DNA of 64,000 nt from a virus: the IMG/VR virus record IMGVR_UViG_3300032954_000010, positions 2,453-66,452 of that record. One strand, given 5' to 3'. The position numbers were made by a program, and so were the translations under genes. Under the pieces are notes generated by a model. The model was not told the DNA's origin and searched no databases. It worked only from the letters and a program-made list of their open reading frames with translations. Numbering within the stretch: the first letter of the stretch is position 1; every line of letters begins with the position of its first letter. This document shows, in pieces, positions 8,456 through 17,138 of this stretch.

Positions 8456-9031
8456 ATGCGCGACGAAACGACATCCGAGCATATCGCGCGAGACATGCGC
8501 GAGGGTCGGTTTCCGCAGCGGTCGGAACCGCAACAAGTTGAAACGCCTGACGATATCGTTGGTCACAAAACGTTCGACACCGGAGAGACGGACGAGACGA
8601 CCGGATTCCCAAAGCTGCGCCATGAGCCATTGACGCGCGCCGAGGCAGACGCACTGTGGGATGCCTGCAAAGCCGCCGAAGCTGATCGCGCTGCGAGGAT
8701 GCCGGATGAGACGGCTGCACTCCGTGCCATGCAGGATGCCTACACTCGGCTCAAAGAGCTTGGATGGCGCGAAGGCATCTATTCACCAAGGGACGGCTCA
8801 ATCTTCAAAGTGATAGAACTCGGTTCAACTGGCATCTTCGATTGTGATTGCCGGGGCGAATGGCCAGATTGCACCTGGACGACCTACGATGAGCGCGACG
8901 CTTATCCATCGTCGCAGGCCCCGGCATTGTTCAAACTTTTGCCAGAAGCGCAGGCCGCATACGATGCGAAGATGGCGGCGGCGAGAGAACGCTACGCTGC
9001 CGAGTGTGCGGAAAATCATCACGATATTTAG
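8456..9031 (+). CDS. hypothetical protein (array gene)
   Basis: 191-aa ORF; TAGGAG junctions. Confidence 0.7.
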   Translation: MRDETTSEHIARDMREGRFPQRSEPQQVETPDDIVGHKTFDTGETDETTGFPKLRHEPLTRAEADALWDACKAAEADRAARMPDETAALRAMQDAYTRLKELGWREGIYSPRDGSIFKVIELGSTGIFDCDCRGEWPDCTWTTYDERDAYPSSQAPALFKLLPEAQAAYDAKMAAARERYAAECAENHHDI

Positions 9032-9040
9032 GAGGCCGGA

Positions 9041-9286
9041 ATGGACTGGATCGAGATTGTAGAGGATGGCGAGAATATCACATCCAAAATGCCGCCTGAC
9101 GAAACCATCGTCGAGGTCAAACTTAAGGACGGCACAATCTGTCCGGCTTGGTACTCGCAGAATATTCAAGAAGCGGGCGACTGGGATTTCGTGCCGATTG
9201 AGCCGGGGACAGATGAGCCTGATTTAATGGCCGATAGCCTCGCTGCGAACGTAGCCGCGTGGCGTCCGCTAAACGCCACGATATAG
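9041..9286 (+). CDS. hypothetical protein (DUF551-like pattern)
   Basis: MDWIEI...MPP...VAAWRPL; ends in TAG. Confidence 0.6.
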   Translation: MDWIEIVEDGENITSKMPPDETIVEVKLKDGTICPAWYSQNIQEAGDWDFVPIEPGTDEPDLMADSLAANVAAWRPLNATI

Positions 9287-9297
9287 AGGAGCGGATA

Positions 9298-9534
9298 ATG
9301 AATAGCGTATGGATTGCCATAATGCTCGTGTGGGGCGACACACCGTTCATTCTTGGCCAGCCTGCTATCGTCAGACCTCATGGCCCAGCGGTATTTGTCG
9401 AACGTGAGGCTTGCCTTGTTGAATTGGAGAAATGGAAAAAAGACCAGCCGAAGATTTTCGAGCGAGTGACGATGCCAAACGGCGATCAGTTCATTCCGCA
9501 AGCTTCTTGTTTGAAGTATACTATAAATAAATAG
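9298..9534 (+). CDS. hypothetical protein (array gene)
   Basis: MNSVWIAIMLVWG...; GAGGAG RBS; ends in TAG. Confidence 0.6.
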   Translation: MNSVWIAIMLVWGDTPFILGQPAIVRPHGPAVFVEREACLVELEKWKKDQPKIFERVTMPNGDQFIPQASCLKYTINK

Positions 9535-9543
9535 GAGCCGATC

Positions 9544-9741
9544 ATGGCCGTATTTGGCGAGTTCCTCGACCGCATATTCAGCAACGATGCGAAGTGGCCT
9601 TCCCGTCCCTGGCATGAAGTCCCGCCGGGATCACGCACACAAGAGCAACGTGATGCCTGCGCCGCTGCTGGTTATCGACCTTATATGCCCGTCAGCGGAG
9701 CTAATGGAGTTGTGATTCCTGGGCCGTATTCCAAGGATTGA
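9544..9741 (+). CDS. hypothetical protein (last gene of right array arm)
   Basis: ORF track; AGGAG RBS. Confidence 0.6.
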   Translation: MAVFGEFLDRIFSNDAKWPSRPWHEVPPGSRTQEQRDACAAAGYRPYMPVSGANGVVIPGPYSKD

Positions 9742-9765
9742 TGACCGCTGCTAAACAACTGAACG

Positions 9766-9960
9766 CTACTTTTCGTATTCCTCTGCCGTCATTTCGAGTT
9801 GACGAATGAATACATCGCCGTCGAATTGAGAATGCCATGGCGACTTAATATATGGGCATCCTGGGATTCTCATATCCCATTTTTCTTCCAACACCCAACG
9901 GCCTTGATCTATTGGGAATGTGCGGCGATAGATCAAACCCGGCTCGTTCTTCTCGGTCAT
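9766..9960 (-). CDS. hypothetical protein
   Basis: 64-aa ORF. Confidence 0.5.
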   Translation of the reverse strand: MTEKNEPGLIYRRTFPIDQGRWVLEEKWDMRIPGCPYIKSPWHSQFDGDVFIRQLEMTAEEYEK

Positions 9961-10094
9961 TGCTTACGGCCCATATACGATGCTGACTTAACCGTACATC
10001 ATTGGCGGCGGTAGATTAGGTTCTCTGCCCTCTACTTTCGCTCTTTTCCTCCTATCGACCACGCACCACCCTCAATGATTTCAAAGGGGTAGAT

Positions 10095-10109
10095 TTAACC
10101 ATTCGTTAC
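10095..10109. promoter_or_regulatory. possible CtrA box
   Basis: TTAA-CCATTCG-TTAC, one mismatch to TTAA-N7-TTAA; intergenic. Confidence 0.35.
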
Positions 10110-10211
10110 TGCTTCGTACTACGCTCAATTACTCGCCGTGTAAAGCGCGCGGCGACAGGCGCCAGATCGCCCAGCCCAGCGCCAGGCCGTAGCCGAGATG
10201 GTAGAGCACGG

Positions 10212-10496
10212 TCACGCCAGCGCTCCGTCCTTTTGCCGCTGGAAGTCGTCAAGGCCGGCATAATGTGCCCTCGCGGTGCGGATCGTCGCCTGCGGGTGGC
10301 GGGTCAGCAGCTCGCGGATCACATTGTCGTGAGCGGCCGAGCTGGCATATAGAGCGCTGCCGGCGGCGCGCAGCAGCACAAAACGGACCTTTGTATGCTC
10401 GCGCCACTTGATGCGGGCAAAGCAACCGGCGTCCGCCGCGGCGCGCTCAACGCGCTTGTCAAAATAAAGGTCGGGGGTCGAGAGGCGGATTTCCAT
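10212..10496 (-). CDS. hypothetical protein
   Basis: MEIRLSTPDL...; AGGAG RBS. Confidence 0.6.
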   Translation of the reverse strand: MEIRLSTPDLYFDKRVERAAADAGCFARIKWREHTKVRFVLLRAAGSALYASSAAHDNVIRELLTRHPQATIRTARAHYAGLDDFQRQKDGALA

Positions 10497-10609
10497 TATT
10501 GTATCGCTCCTATCCAATAGCCGATGCAGGCTGCGGCGATCGACAGGCCGAGAGCTGCGCCGACGATAAAATGACAGACGGCAAGGGCGAGGCGTTCGGG
10601 GGTGGTCAT
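10496..10609 (-). CDS. small membrane protein
   Basis: MTTPERLALAVCHFIVGAALGLSIAAACIGYWIGAIQ. Confidence 0.5.
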   Translation of the reverse strand: MTTPERLALAVCHFIVGAALGLSIAAACIGYWIGAIQ

Positions 10610-10610
10610 A

Positions 10611-11075
10611 TTACAGCCACCGATGTTTGAGTGCGTAGCCGGCGCACTCAAACCATTCGCGTCCGGGCTTGTTCCAATTCGGCTTTTCTTTCTTGCCGCC
10701 TTGATGCCAGTAGAACTTATCGGCGTTGTAGATTGCCTTGCGCAACGCGTTTGCTTCCTTGCCCGTTCCTGTCTCGGCTTCTTGGCCAAATAGAGCATAG
10801 CCAAGCGAATGGACGATGTGAAAACCCATGTCCATGCCACAACCGCCGACGCGCATGCCGTCGCCGCGTGACGCGCGCGGCAAACCGAGTACCACGCTCA
10901 CGGAATAATTCGGGTGCAGCGCTTCGCCGTCGCGCAAGATAACTACGCGAATATCGCGAGACATGCCTGAACGGCTAACGTGATCCAGAATAGTGTGGAC
11001 CGTATCGCCGGGCTTGAGCCATTTCCTGAGTTGTGCCTTCGCTTCAGCGATTTCCGTTTTGCTGTATTTTGTCAT
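10611..11075 (-). CDS. conserved phage hypothetical protein
   Basis: HVSRSGMSR...GGCGMDMGFH motif recognised from phage early genes. Confidence 0.75.
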   Translation of the reverse strand: MTKYSKTEIAEAKAQLRKWLKPGDTVHTILDHVSRSGMSRDIRVVILRDGEALHPNYSVSVVLGLPRASRGDGMRVGGCGMDMGFHIVHSLGYALFGQEAETGTGKEANALRKAIYNADKFYWHQGGKKEKPNWNKPGREWFECAGYALKHRWL

Positions 11076-11104
11076 GATCCTTGACCTTCCAGGTTCGGGG
11101 TGAA

Positions 11105-11515
11105 TTATTGCTTGGCGCGACGGACGCGGCAATAATCGCCAGCGCCGCAGTAGTACGTGCCAACATATCGGACGTTATTAATCCCCATAAATTCGATCGA
11201 GCGGCGTTTGTCGCCCATGTTGCCGCGGTATTCGTGGCCCAGCCGACACCACTCCGATAGGGCTTGGCCCATCCACGTCGTCACCTGCTTATTCTCGCGG
11301 CGAACATAGGCAAAGTATTGGATAGGCGGGTCATGGAGGAACTCAAATACCTCCAGGTTGGACGTTTCCGTATTTGTCGGCGCCACAATGCCGGCCGCCG
11401 CAAGTTCTTCTGTACGGTATGCGTTTGTCTTGTGATCTTTCAGCCAAGCACGTACCGCTTCGTGCCGCGCGCGAATATCGGCCGCCTCGTATCTTGTAAT
11501 TGGGGAATTGTGCAT
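11105..11515 (-). CDS. hypothetical early protein
   Basis: 136-aa ORF; GGAGG in repeated leader. Confidence 0.7.
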   Translation of the reverse strand: MHNSPITRYEAADIRARHEAVRAWLKDHKTNAYRTEELAAAGIVAPTNTETSNLEVFEFLHDPPIQYFAYVRRENKQVTTWMGQALSEWCRLGHEYRGNMGDKRRSIEFMGINNVRYVGTYYCGAGDYCRVRRAKQ

Positions 11516-11519
11516 TTTG

Positions 11520-11955
11520 TGACCTCCAAGGGTTCAACGGTTGATAGAGAATACACGGGGAGAGGGGGAGTCAAGCTTTGTGTCGCTCCAGTGCTTTTTT
11601 AGCAATATCGAGCTGGCGCGCGATAGCGTCGAGATCGGCTGCGTCGTAGAACGTGGCCGGGCCGGCGCCCGCGCGGTTCTTGTTGATCGACGCCAGAATA
11701 TCCCACGCCAGTTGCGTTTGCTCGGTCAATTGTTCCAGTTCTTCGCGCAAGTTGTCTCGATCCGCTTCCAGCTCGTTAACTTGATTTTCAAGCTTTTCGA
11801 TCTCGTCCGGCGCTTCTAGTAGGTCGCGCAAGTCATCAAGCGCGTCGATCACGGCGGGCGGTTGCTTGGCGCGAATCGCCTGGTCGCGCAAATAAGCGAC
11901 CGTTTCCTCCGGCTGCGTGTTGTAGTGGAAACGCATTTTTGACCTCCAAGGGTTC
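11520..11955 (-). repeat. Repeated 16-bp leader GAACCCTTGGAGGTCA (copies 11520-11535 and 11940-11955; variant 11082-11096)
   Basis: TGACCTCCAAGGGTTC occurs exactly twice on the + strand, each just upstream of a minus-strand start codon. Confidence 0.85.
11571..11936 (-). CDS. hypothetical coiled-coil early protein
   Basis: MRFHYNTQPEETV...EIEKLENQVNELEADRDNLREELEQL. Confidence 0.7.
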   Translation of the reverse strand: MRFHYNTQPEETVAYLRDQAIRAKQPPAVIDALDDLRDLLEAPDEIEKLENQVNELEADRDNLREELEQLTEQTQLAWDILASINKNRAGAGPATFYDAADLDAIARQLDIAKKALERHKA

Positions 11956-12019
11956 GATTGGCGCAGGATTGTTGCGCGTGACGTGCATAAGATACACAAA
12001 AGTGAGAGGAAGGCAAGGA

Positions 12020-12360
12020 AAAATTGGGTAATTATGTTGCGTTTGTAATGCGGGGATTAGTCGAATGTTGCGCGGCTTGTTGGCCCTGTTCCACTGTTTT
12101 AGAAGCGATAGCGGAAAATGCTTCAAGGTTCAGCCTATTGTTCAAGATTATACCATTGTTTTTATTATATAAATGAATATTTGAATAGACTGAATAGGGT
12201 TAAAAAGCCCAATGAATTTTTACACAGTTTACTTCCATGCTTAAAAAAATATATCCTAATCAAAAACAAGTGTTCAATCGTCATCTATTCAGCCTGCAAG
12301 AAAACACAAAATTTGCGTAACGCGGCAAAGCGTGATAGAAAGCCCCATAACAGGAGGCTT
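12020..12360. other. AT-rich non-coding region, candidate replication origin or genome terminus
   Basis: Very AT-rich; TTCA x3, an AT core, then TGAATA x3; lies between divergent transcription units. Confidence 0.4.
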
Positions 12361-12362
12361 TC

Positions 12363-12755
12363 ATGCTGATAGTCGGCACGCATAGTTGGAAAAACGAGGT
12401 AAAACGGTGGCAGGCGCCGATCGACTTTGAGACCTGGCGCGCGGAAGTATGCGGCAGGATGGCCGGCGACCATTTGCCGTTGCGAGAGTATTATGAGGCT
12501 TGTTGGGACGCTGCTGATTGTAATGAGTATTTGCTCGTTAACGGGATGCTTAAAACACCGCCAAAGCGCCGCGTGGTTACGCTCGATGTCGAGACGGTCA
12601 ACAAACGATTTGCGGTGTGTCTGTGGCGCGAGTGCCATAAGCTATTGACGCGACGCCTCACGCCAGAGGCGCGGAAGCTCGTTTGCGATATGCGGGTCAA
12701 AATGCAGGTACGAGCGGGAATAGAAATATTGGGCAAACCGGATGATGGGGCTTGA
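12363..12755 (+). CDS. hypothetical protein
   Basis: 130-aa ORF; AGGAGG RBS. Confidence 0.65.
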   Translation: MLIVGTHSWKNEVKRWQAPIDFETWRAEVCGRMAGDHLPLREYYEACWDAADCNEYLLVNGMLKTPPKRRVVTLDVETVNKRFAVCLWRECHKLLTRRLTPEARKLVCDMRVKMQVRAGIEILGKPDDGA

Positions 12756-12817
12756 CAACTCAGAATGTAGCAAATACATTGCGCGGGTGAGGTTGAACCC
12801 GAGCCCAGGAGGCCAGC

Positions 12818-13045
12818 ATGCATAAGCCTTATTTTAGCGAAGGATCGGAAGCGATGCTTGCGCTTGAAGCGATGGTCGATAAAGTCGGCCTCGCTAATGT
12901 GCTTTACGCGCTCGCGCACATTTCCAATGCAAAGGCCGAGCATTTACAAACGAATTGGCAGGATGCAAGCGGTGCACAATGGTGGGAGCAACGCGCGCGA
13001 AAGCTTGACGATTTAGCGGCGAAGCCTTTCATGCACGACGCTTGA
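12818..13045 (+). CDS. hypothetical protein
   Basis: 75 aa; AGGAGG RBS; TTGACA upstream. Confidence 0.7.
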   Translation: MHKPYFSEGSEAMLALEAMVDKVGLANVLYALAHISNAKAEHLQTNWQDASGAQWWEQRARKLDDLAAKPFMHDA

Positions 13046-13054
13046 AAACAACAT

Positions 13055-13399
13055 TTAGCAGGAGGCAAGCGGTCGGTTAATCGCCGGCCGTTTTGCTTTG
13101 GCGCGTGCATACGCGGCTTGGCGCTTTTCGATCTTGTTTTCTAGCAAGTCCCAAGCCCATATTGGCGCCGGGCGGTATCCTTGGCGCCAGTCTCTGATTT
13201 GGGTGTAGGTGGCGCGGTTATCGAGCGCGCGTCGCATTGCTGCGCGGCGGCCGTCACGTCGCCCAGTGCGATCGCGTCGTGCCGGTAAGTCGAGATAGGT
13301 TAATAACAATTCTTCGAAATTAGAACGATACGCTACCGCGGCAGGGAACCGTGCAACGTGTTTGAGCTGCGCGCGATCGTCTTTCAAGTGTTCATCCAT
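13055..13399 (-). CDS. hypothetical basic protein, possibly DNA-binding
   Basis: ATYTQIRDWRQGYRPAP HTH-like segment. Confidence 0.45.
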   Translation of the reverse strand: MDEHLKDDRAQLKHVARFPAAVAYRSNFEELLLTYLDLPARRDRTGRRDGRRAAMRRALDNRATYTQIRDWRQGYRPAPIWAWDLLENKIEKRQAAYARAKAKRPAINRPLASC

Positions 13400-13792
13400 T
13401 CACAAAATCTACCGCACGGCCGCCGATCCCCGCAAGCCCTCTCGATCGCCGACCTGGCGCCAGCTCCCCAGACCCGCGAATCAGCCGAAACGTTCTTTTG
13501 ACAATGTTCGGATCGGAGGCCGGACGGCGCAAAACGCCGTGAAAACGCAATCCAAGGCGCCTCTAACTATTTTTGAGGGCTAAAAATGCTCGATTTCGCC
13601 GGCCTGGCGCTGTCCACATTGCGGACTCGGCCGGTTCGCGGCCCGGTTGTGCGCGAATTTTTTGCAACTCGATCGGACCAACGCAAAGAAAAAATAAGGT
13701 CACGCAGTGCTCTGCCGCCGCAGAAAAAATTTTCCTTGACAGCGTACTACTGTGTATTATGCTCCGCGCTCCTGCCCCCTGGAGCTTCAAAA

Positions 13793-14053
13793 ATGTCTGC
13801 CTCGTTCTGTTGGGAAATTGTCAAGCCAACTCGGTCCAAAAGCTTTTCTTGTGGCACGTCGAGCGATGTTGATGCGTTAAAGAAAACTTTTGGAGATCAA
13901 ATAACAAATAAAGACATCCAGATGCTGCGTGCTATGCACCGCGCGACGCGAGCCGAGAAATCCTTGTGGGGTGAAATCGCTGACACGCTTGAACGGCTAG
14001 AGGGCGGTAATTATGAGCAGCCGGTAGTGCTTAAGATTTGGGTGGAATACTAA
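13793..14053 (+). CDS. hypothetical protein
   Basis: MSASFCWEIVKP...; GGAG RBS; CTTGACA...GTGTATTAT upstream. Confidence 0.6.
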   Translation: MSASFCWEIVKPTRSKSFSCGTSSDVDALKKTFGDQITNKDIQMLRAMHRATRAEKSLWGEIADTLERLEGGNYEQPVVLKIWVEY

Positions 14054-14106
14054 ATGTCAGAACGGCTAATCATACTACCCTCTCAACCCGCAGCAGGAGG
14101 TGACAA

Positions 14107-14280
14107 GTGAGCAAGCGCATCACTCTTTCGGATCGAGAGTGTCAGGTGCTTTGTGCGGTGATTTACTATATGATGACACACGCGCAAGGTTTAGGCCAAG
14201 AAGGACGTTGCCTCGTTCAAATCGCCGGTACTGAACTGCGTGCTTTGCGAAGTAGATTGCTCAGGGACGCTGACAAGTGA
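14107..14280 (+). CDS. hypothetical protein (57 aa) flanked by a TGACAAGTGA direct repeat
   Basis: Manual translation MSKRITLSDRECQVL...; AGGAGG RBS. Confidence 0.55.
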   Translation: MSKRITLSDRECQVLCAVIYYMMTHAQGLGQEGRCLVQIAGTELRALRSRLLRDADK

Positions 14281-14504
14281 TTCCCCGCCGCTCCTTCCTT
14301 CTCGGCCTCGGTTCGCTCATCGCGGCGCCTGCCATCGTGCGCGCGTCTTCGCTCATGCCGGTGCGCGGCATCATCATGGATGTGCCGGCTTGGACGCCGC
14401 AATTAATGTTTTTTAGCGGGCGATACTGGTGGGTCGAGAATGGAATTGAAATTCACTATTCTGCCAAGGTGGATCGTTTTGTTACCGAGACAATACAAGC
14501 ATGA
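14277..14504 (+). CDS. small protein with twin-arginine-like N terminus
   Basis: MIPRRSFLLGLGSLIAAPAIVRASSLMPV. Confidence 0.7.
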   Translation: MIPRRSFLLGLGSLIAAPAIVRASSLMPVRGIIMDVPAWTPQLMFFSGRYWWVENGIEIHYSAKVDRFVTETIQA

Positions 14505-14812
14505 TTCTCAAAAAATCCCACCGCACTCAGCCTCTCCCCGAGCACGTCGAGACGCACACGACGCAGCTTCTGCTTTATCCCAAGGGTGATCCCAAGCTCG
14601 TGCCGGGCTCGACCGCTTACCTAGTCAACCACGTCTCGCCGGCCGAGACCTATCTGTTAGAACGGGACGAGAAGACCAAGGACCTGTTTGGCACGCCGCT
14701 GGTCTATTCGGTGGGGCACAGCCCCGATGCCAGTTTCCTGCGTCTGCATCCCACGCCCGATCGCGATTATTTTGCGGTGTTCAGGTACAACCCGGCGGCG
14801 CGTGAAATTTAG
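14501..14812 (+). CDS. hypothetical protein
   Basis: 103-aa ORF, ATGA coupled. Confidence 0.6.
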   Translation: MILKKSHRTQPLPEHVETHTTQLLLYPKGDPKLVPGSTAYLVNHVSPAETYLLERDEKTKDLFGTPLVYSVGHSPDASFLRLHPTPDRDYFAVFRYNPAAREI

Positions 14813-14889
14813 GGCTTGACAAGCCGGTTTTGCCTTGCGCAGCGGCCCATGCTAGGTTCCCTCGATCGTCCTCGATGGAGCCGATGGCC

Positions 14890-15738
14890 ATGCGCCGTTT
14901 TTTGTTTTTAGCGTTCCTTCTGTTCGCTTCCCCCGCCTTCGCGCAAACGAGTGTCTTGATGAATTGGAAGGCGGCGGGTGGCAACACGCCGGTCGCGACC
15001 GGCAACCCGCTGCCGGTCAATATCGTTGCTGGCGGTGGATCGGGCGGCACGTCGGCAACCGACGAATCGGCTTTCACGCACGGCGCGACGGCGTTGACGC
15101 CTGTTGGCGGCGTCTACTGGGTCTCCATTCCAAACCTGGCCGATGGAGAGACCGGCGCCGCGGCGATGACCACAGCTCGCTCCGTCCACGTCCTCGACGA
15201 TAACTCGGCTGCGCTGCTGGCCGCCGCTCAATCCGCCATCCCCGGCTACTACGCCACAGCCTACAATACATGCAGCCAAGTCAGCGGCACCACAGCGCCC
15301 ATCTGCGTCGATCTCAATGGCAATATGTACGCCAACATCAGTCGATATATGCAGGCGTTGGGTTCGCCTTCGACTTCGCTGATGATGCCAGTGCAAGGCG
15401 GCTCGAAAGGTGGTCTTGCCGTCGTCAACGGCGGCAGCTTCTATCAAGCGGTTGCCGCTTCGCAGACCGGAACAGTTCTGCAATCGTCTACCGGGGCAAC
15501 GGGTGACTACCTCTCACATTGCGTGATCTATCCCGCTTCGACTTCGCCTGGCGTCGTCACAGTGTTCGACGGTAGCAACACGGCGGCCAACTCAGCGATC
15601 TTATTCCCCGGTGGCTCGTCGAGCCTTTCCAATCTTGCCCCTATTCCAATCCCGGTCGGGGCCGTCAGTAAGAACGGCGCATGGGAGGTTACGACCGGCG
15701 CAAACGTCTCCGTCGTCTGCTACGGAAAGTTTAGCTGA
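14890..15738 (+). CDS. Gly/Ser/Thr-rich virion-like protein with Sec signal peptide
   Basis: MRRFLFLAFLLFASPAFA/Q; beta-rich, low-charge body. Confidence 0.7.
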   Translation: MRRFLFLAFLLFASPAFAQTSVLMNWKAAGGNTPVATGNPLPVNIVAGGGSGGTSATDESAFTHGATALTPVGGVYWVSIPNLADGETGAAAMTTARSVHVLDDNSAALLAAAQSAIPGYYATAYNTCSQVSGTTAPICVDLNGNMYANISRYMQALGSPSTSLMMPVQGGSKGGLAVVNGGSFYQAVAASQTGTVLQSSTGATGDYLSHCVIYPASTSPGVVTVFDGSNTAANSAILFPGGSSSLSNLAPIPIPVGAVSKNGAWEVTTGANVSVVCYGKFS

Positions 15739-17138
15739 TGCGTAAGGCTGTCTTTGCCCTTTTTGCCGGGCTGCTATTCTGTGCGCAGACCATGCTGCCC
15801 GGTTTCCCGCCGGGTTTATTTGGCAATCGCGCATATTTGAGCGGTAGTGGCGGCGGCTCTCTCTCTTGCAGCTATACGCCGGTCACGGCGGCCACCTACA
15901 ACGTCGCCTATACGGGCGCGACTCCGTCGGCTTCAGGCGGCACGCCCTCCTACACGTTCTCGAACACCGGGTCACTGCCTCCGGGATTCTCGATCAATTC
16001 CAGCACCGGCGTCATCAGTGGCACTGATACGGTCGATTCGAGTGGTGCGACCTATCCCGGCATCCAGGTCAGCGTCACCGACAGCCTGAGTAATACGGCC
16101 AACTGTGGTGGATCGTTCACGATTACCGTCGCAGGCGGCAGCGTCATAAAGAGCATTCATCAATATTCGATCACAATCGCAGCGTCATCGCTGACCAACA
16201 CAGCGACGATTACGTCGGTCACGACCGCAAACACCGTCATCATATGGCAGGGAACCACCAGCACCTCCTCAACTTCTGGGGCCTATAATCGCGCCGCTGT
16301 TCGGTTGACTTTGACGAACAGCACGACGGTCACGGCAACTCGCGAGAACAACAGCGACTCGACCACGATTAACTTCACGGTCGTCGAGTTTGCCTCCGGC
16401 GTGAACTCGATCCAGGCCGGGACGATTACCGTTGCATCGGGTAGTGCGTCGAACACGGCAACGATTAGCGCGGTCGGAGCAAACGCCTTCGTTCTCTACC
16501 TCGGAGAGAGCACAGCCGGAACGAACGGCTATAGCGACAGCGTGGGTGCGGTCCAGCTTACTAATTCGACGACGGTGACGGCATTTGCCGTCAACACCGC
16601 CGTTGCAAAGACCGTCAGCTACATGGTGGCCGACCTCGACACCACGGTTGTCGACGGGGTGCCGCGAAGTTTTGCCTCGACATTTGCCGGAAGCACGACA
16701 TCTGACGCCACCACGATCACGTCAGTAGACACGACCAGGAGCGTCGTTTTCCCAAATGGAAACGTGCCTGCCGCGACGCAAGTTGCCGACAGGTGTCAAT
16801 ATGTTCTGACCCTGACGAATGCGACGACGGTCACCGGCGTTCGCGCTGGCGGAACGGGGATTTCACGCACTTACTACGGAACGGTGGTCCAATTTGCCGC
16901 TAGCGCCGTCAACAGTTTGCAATCCGGTACGATTGCTCTTTCGTCGCCTACGGCTACGATCACCTCAGTAAATACAGCGAAAGCTGTCGCTGTTATGACT
17001 GGATTTAATTCGTCAACAGCCACGACACCGAATGCAGTCTTCCCAGATTTGACGCTAACAAATTCGACCACTGTGACCGCAACAGTAACGACTGGAACCA
17101 CCACAAACGTCGGCTGGTCCGCTCTTGAGTTCAAATGA
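15738..17138 (+). CDS. Signal-peptide protein with putative Ig-like domain and four Thr-rich repeats
   Basis: ASGGTPSYTFSNTGSLPPGFSINSSTGVISGT (He_PIG-like); LTNSTTVTA-type motif x4. Confidence 0.75.
   Translation: MRKAVFALFAGLLFCAQTMLPGFPPGLFGNRAYLSGSGGGSLSCSYTPVTAATYNVAYTGATPSASGGTPSYTFSNTGSLPPGFSINSSTGVISGTDTVDSSGATYPGIQVSVTDSLSNTANCGGSFTITVAGGSVIKSIHQYSITIAASSLTNTATITSVTTANTVIIWQGTTSTSSTSGAYNRAAVRLTLTNSTTVTATRENNSDSTTINFTVVEFASGVNSIQAGTITVASGSASNTATISAVGANAFVLYLGESTAGTNGYSDSVGAVQLTNSTTVTAFAVNTAVAKTVSYMVADLDTTVVDGVPRSFASTFAGSTTSDATTITSVDTTRSVVFPNGNVPAATQVADRCQYVLTLTNATTVTGVRAGGTGISRTYYGTVVQFAASAVNSLQSGTIALSSPTATITSVNTAKAVAVMTGFNSSTATTPNAVFPDLTLTNSTTVTATVTTGTTTNVGWSALEFK

Noticed and set aside
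3710-9741. TAG stop-codon reassignment producing long read-through polyproteins
   Set aside because: Several junctions are out of frame (gaps of 5, 7, 8, 10 and 11 nt), downstream genes have their own starts, and the long core genes are intact under the standard code.
3710-9741. Classical integron
   Set aside because: No IntI tyrosine recombinase, and the short gaps between genes cannot hold attC hairpins.
13068-13096. GC-rich hairpin followed by a T-run as a terminator
   Set aside because: Plausible, but the stem is imperfect and overlaps the 3' end of ORF 13055-13399; not enough support to list.
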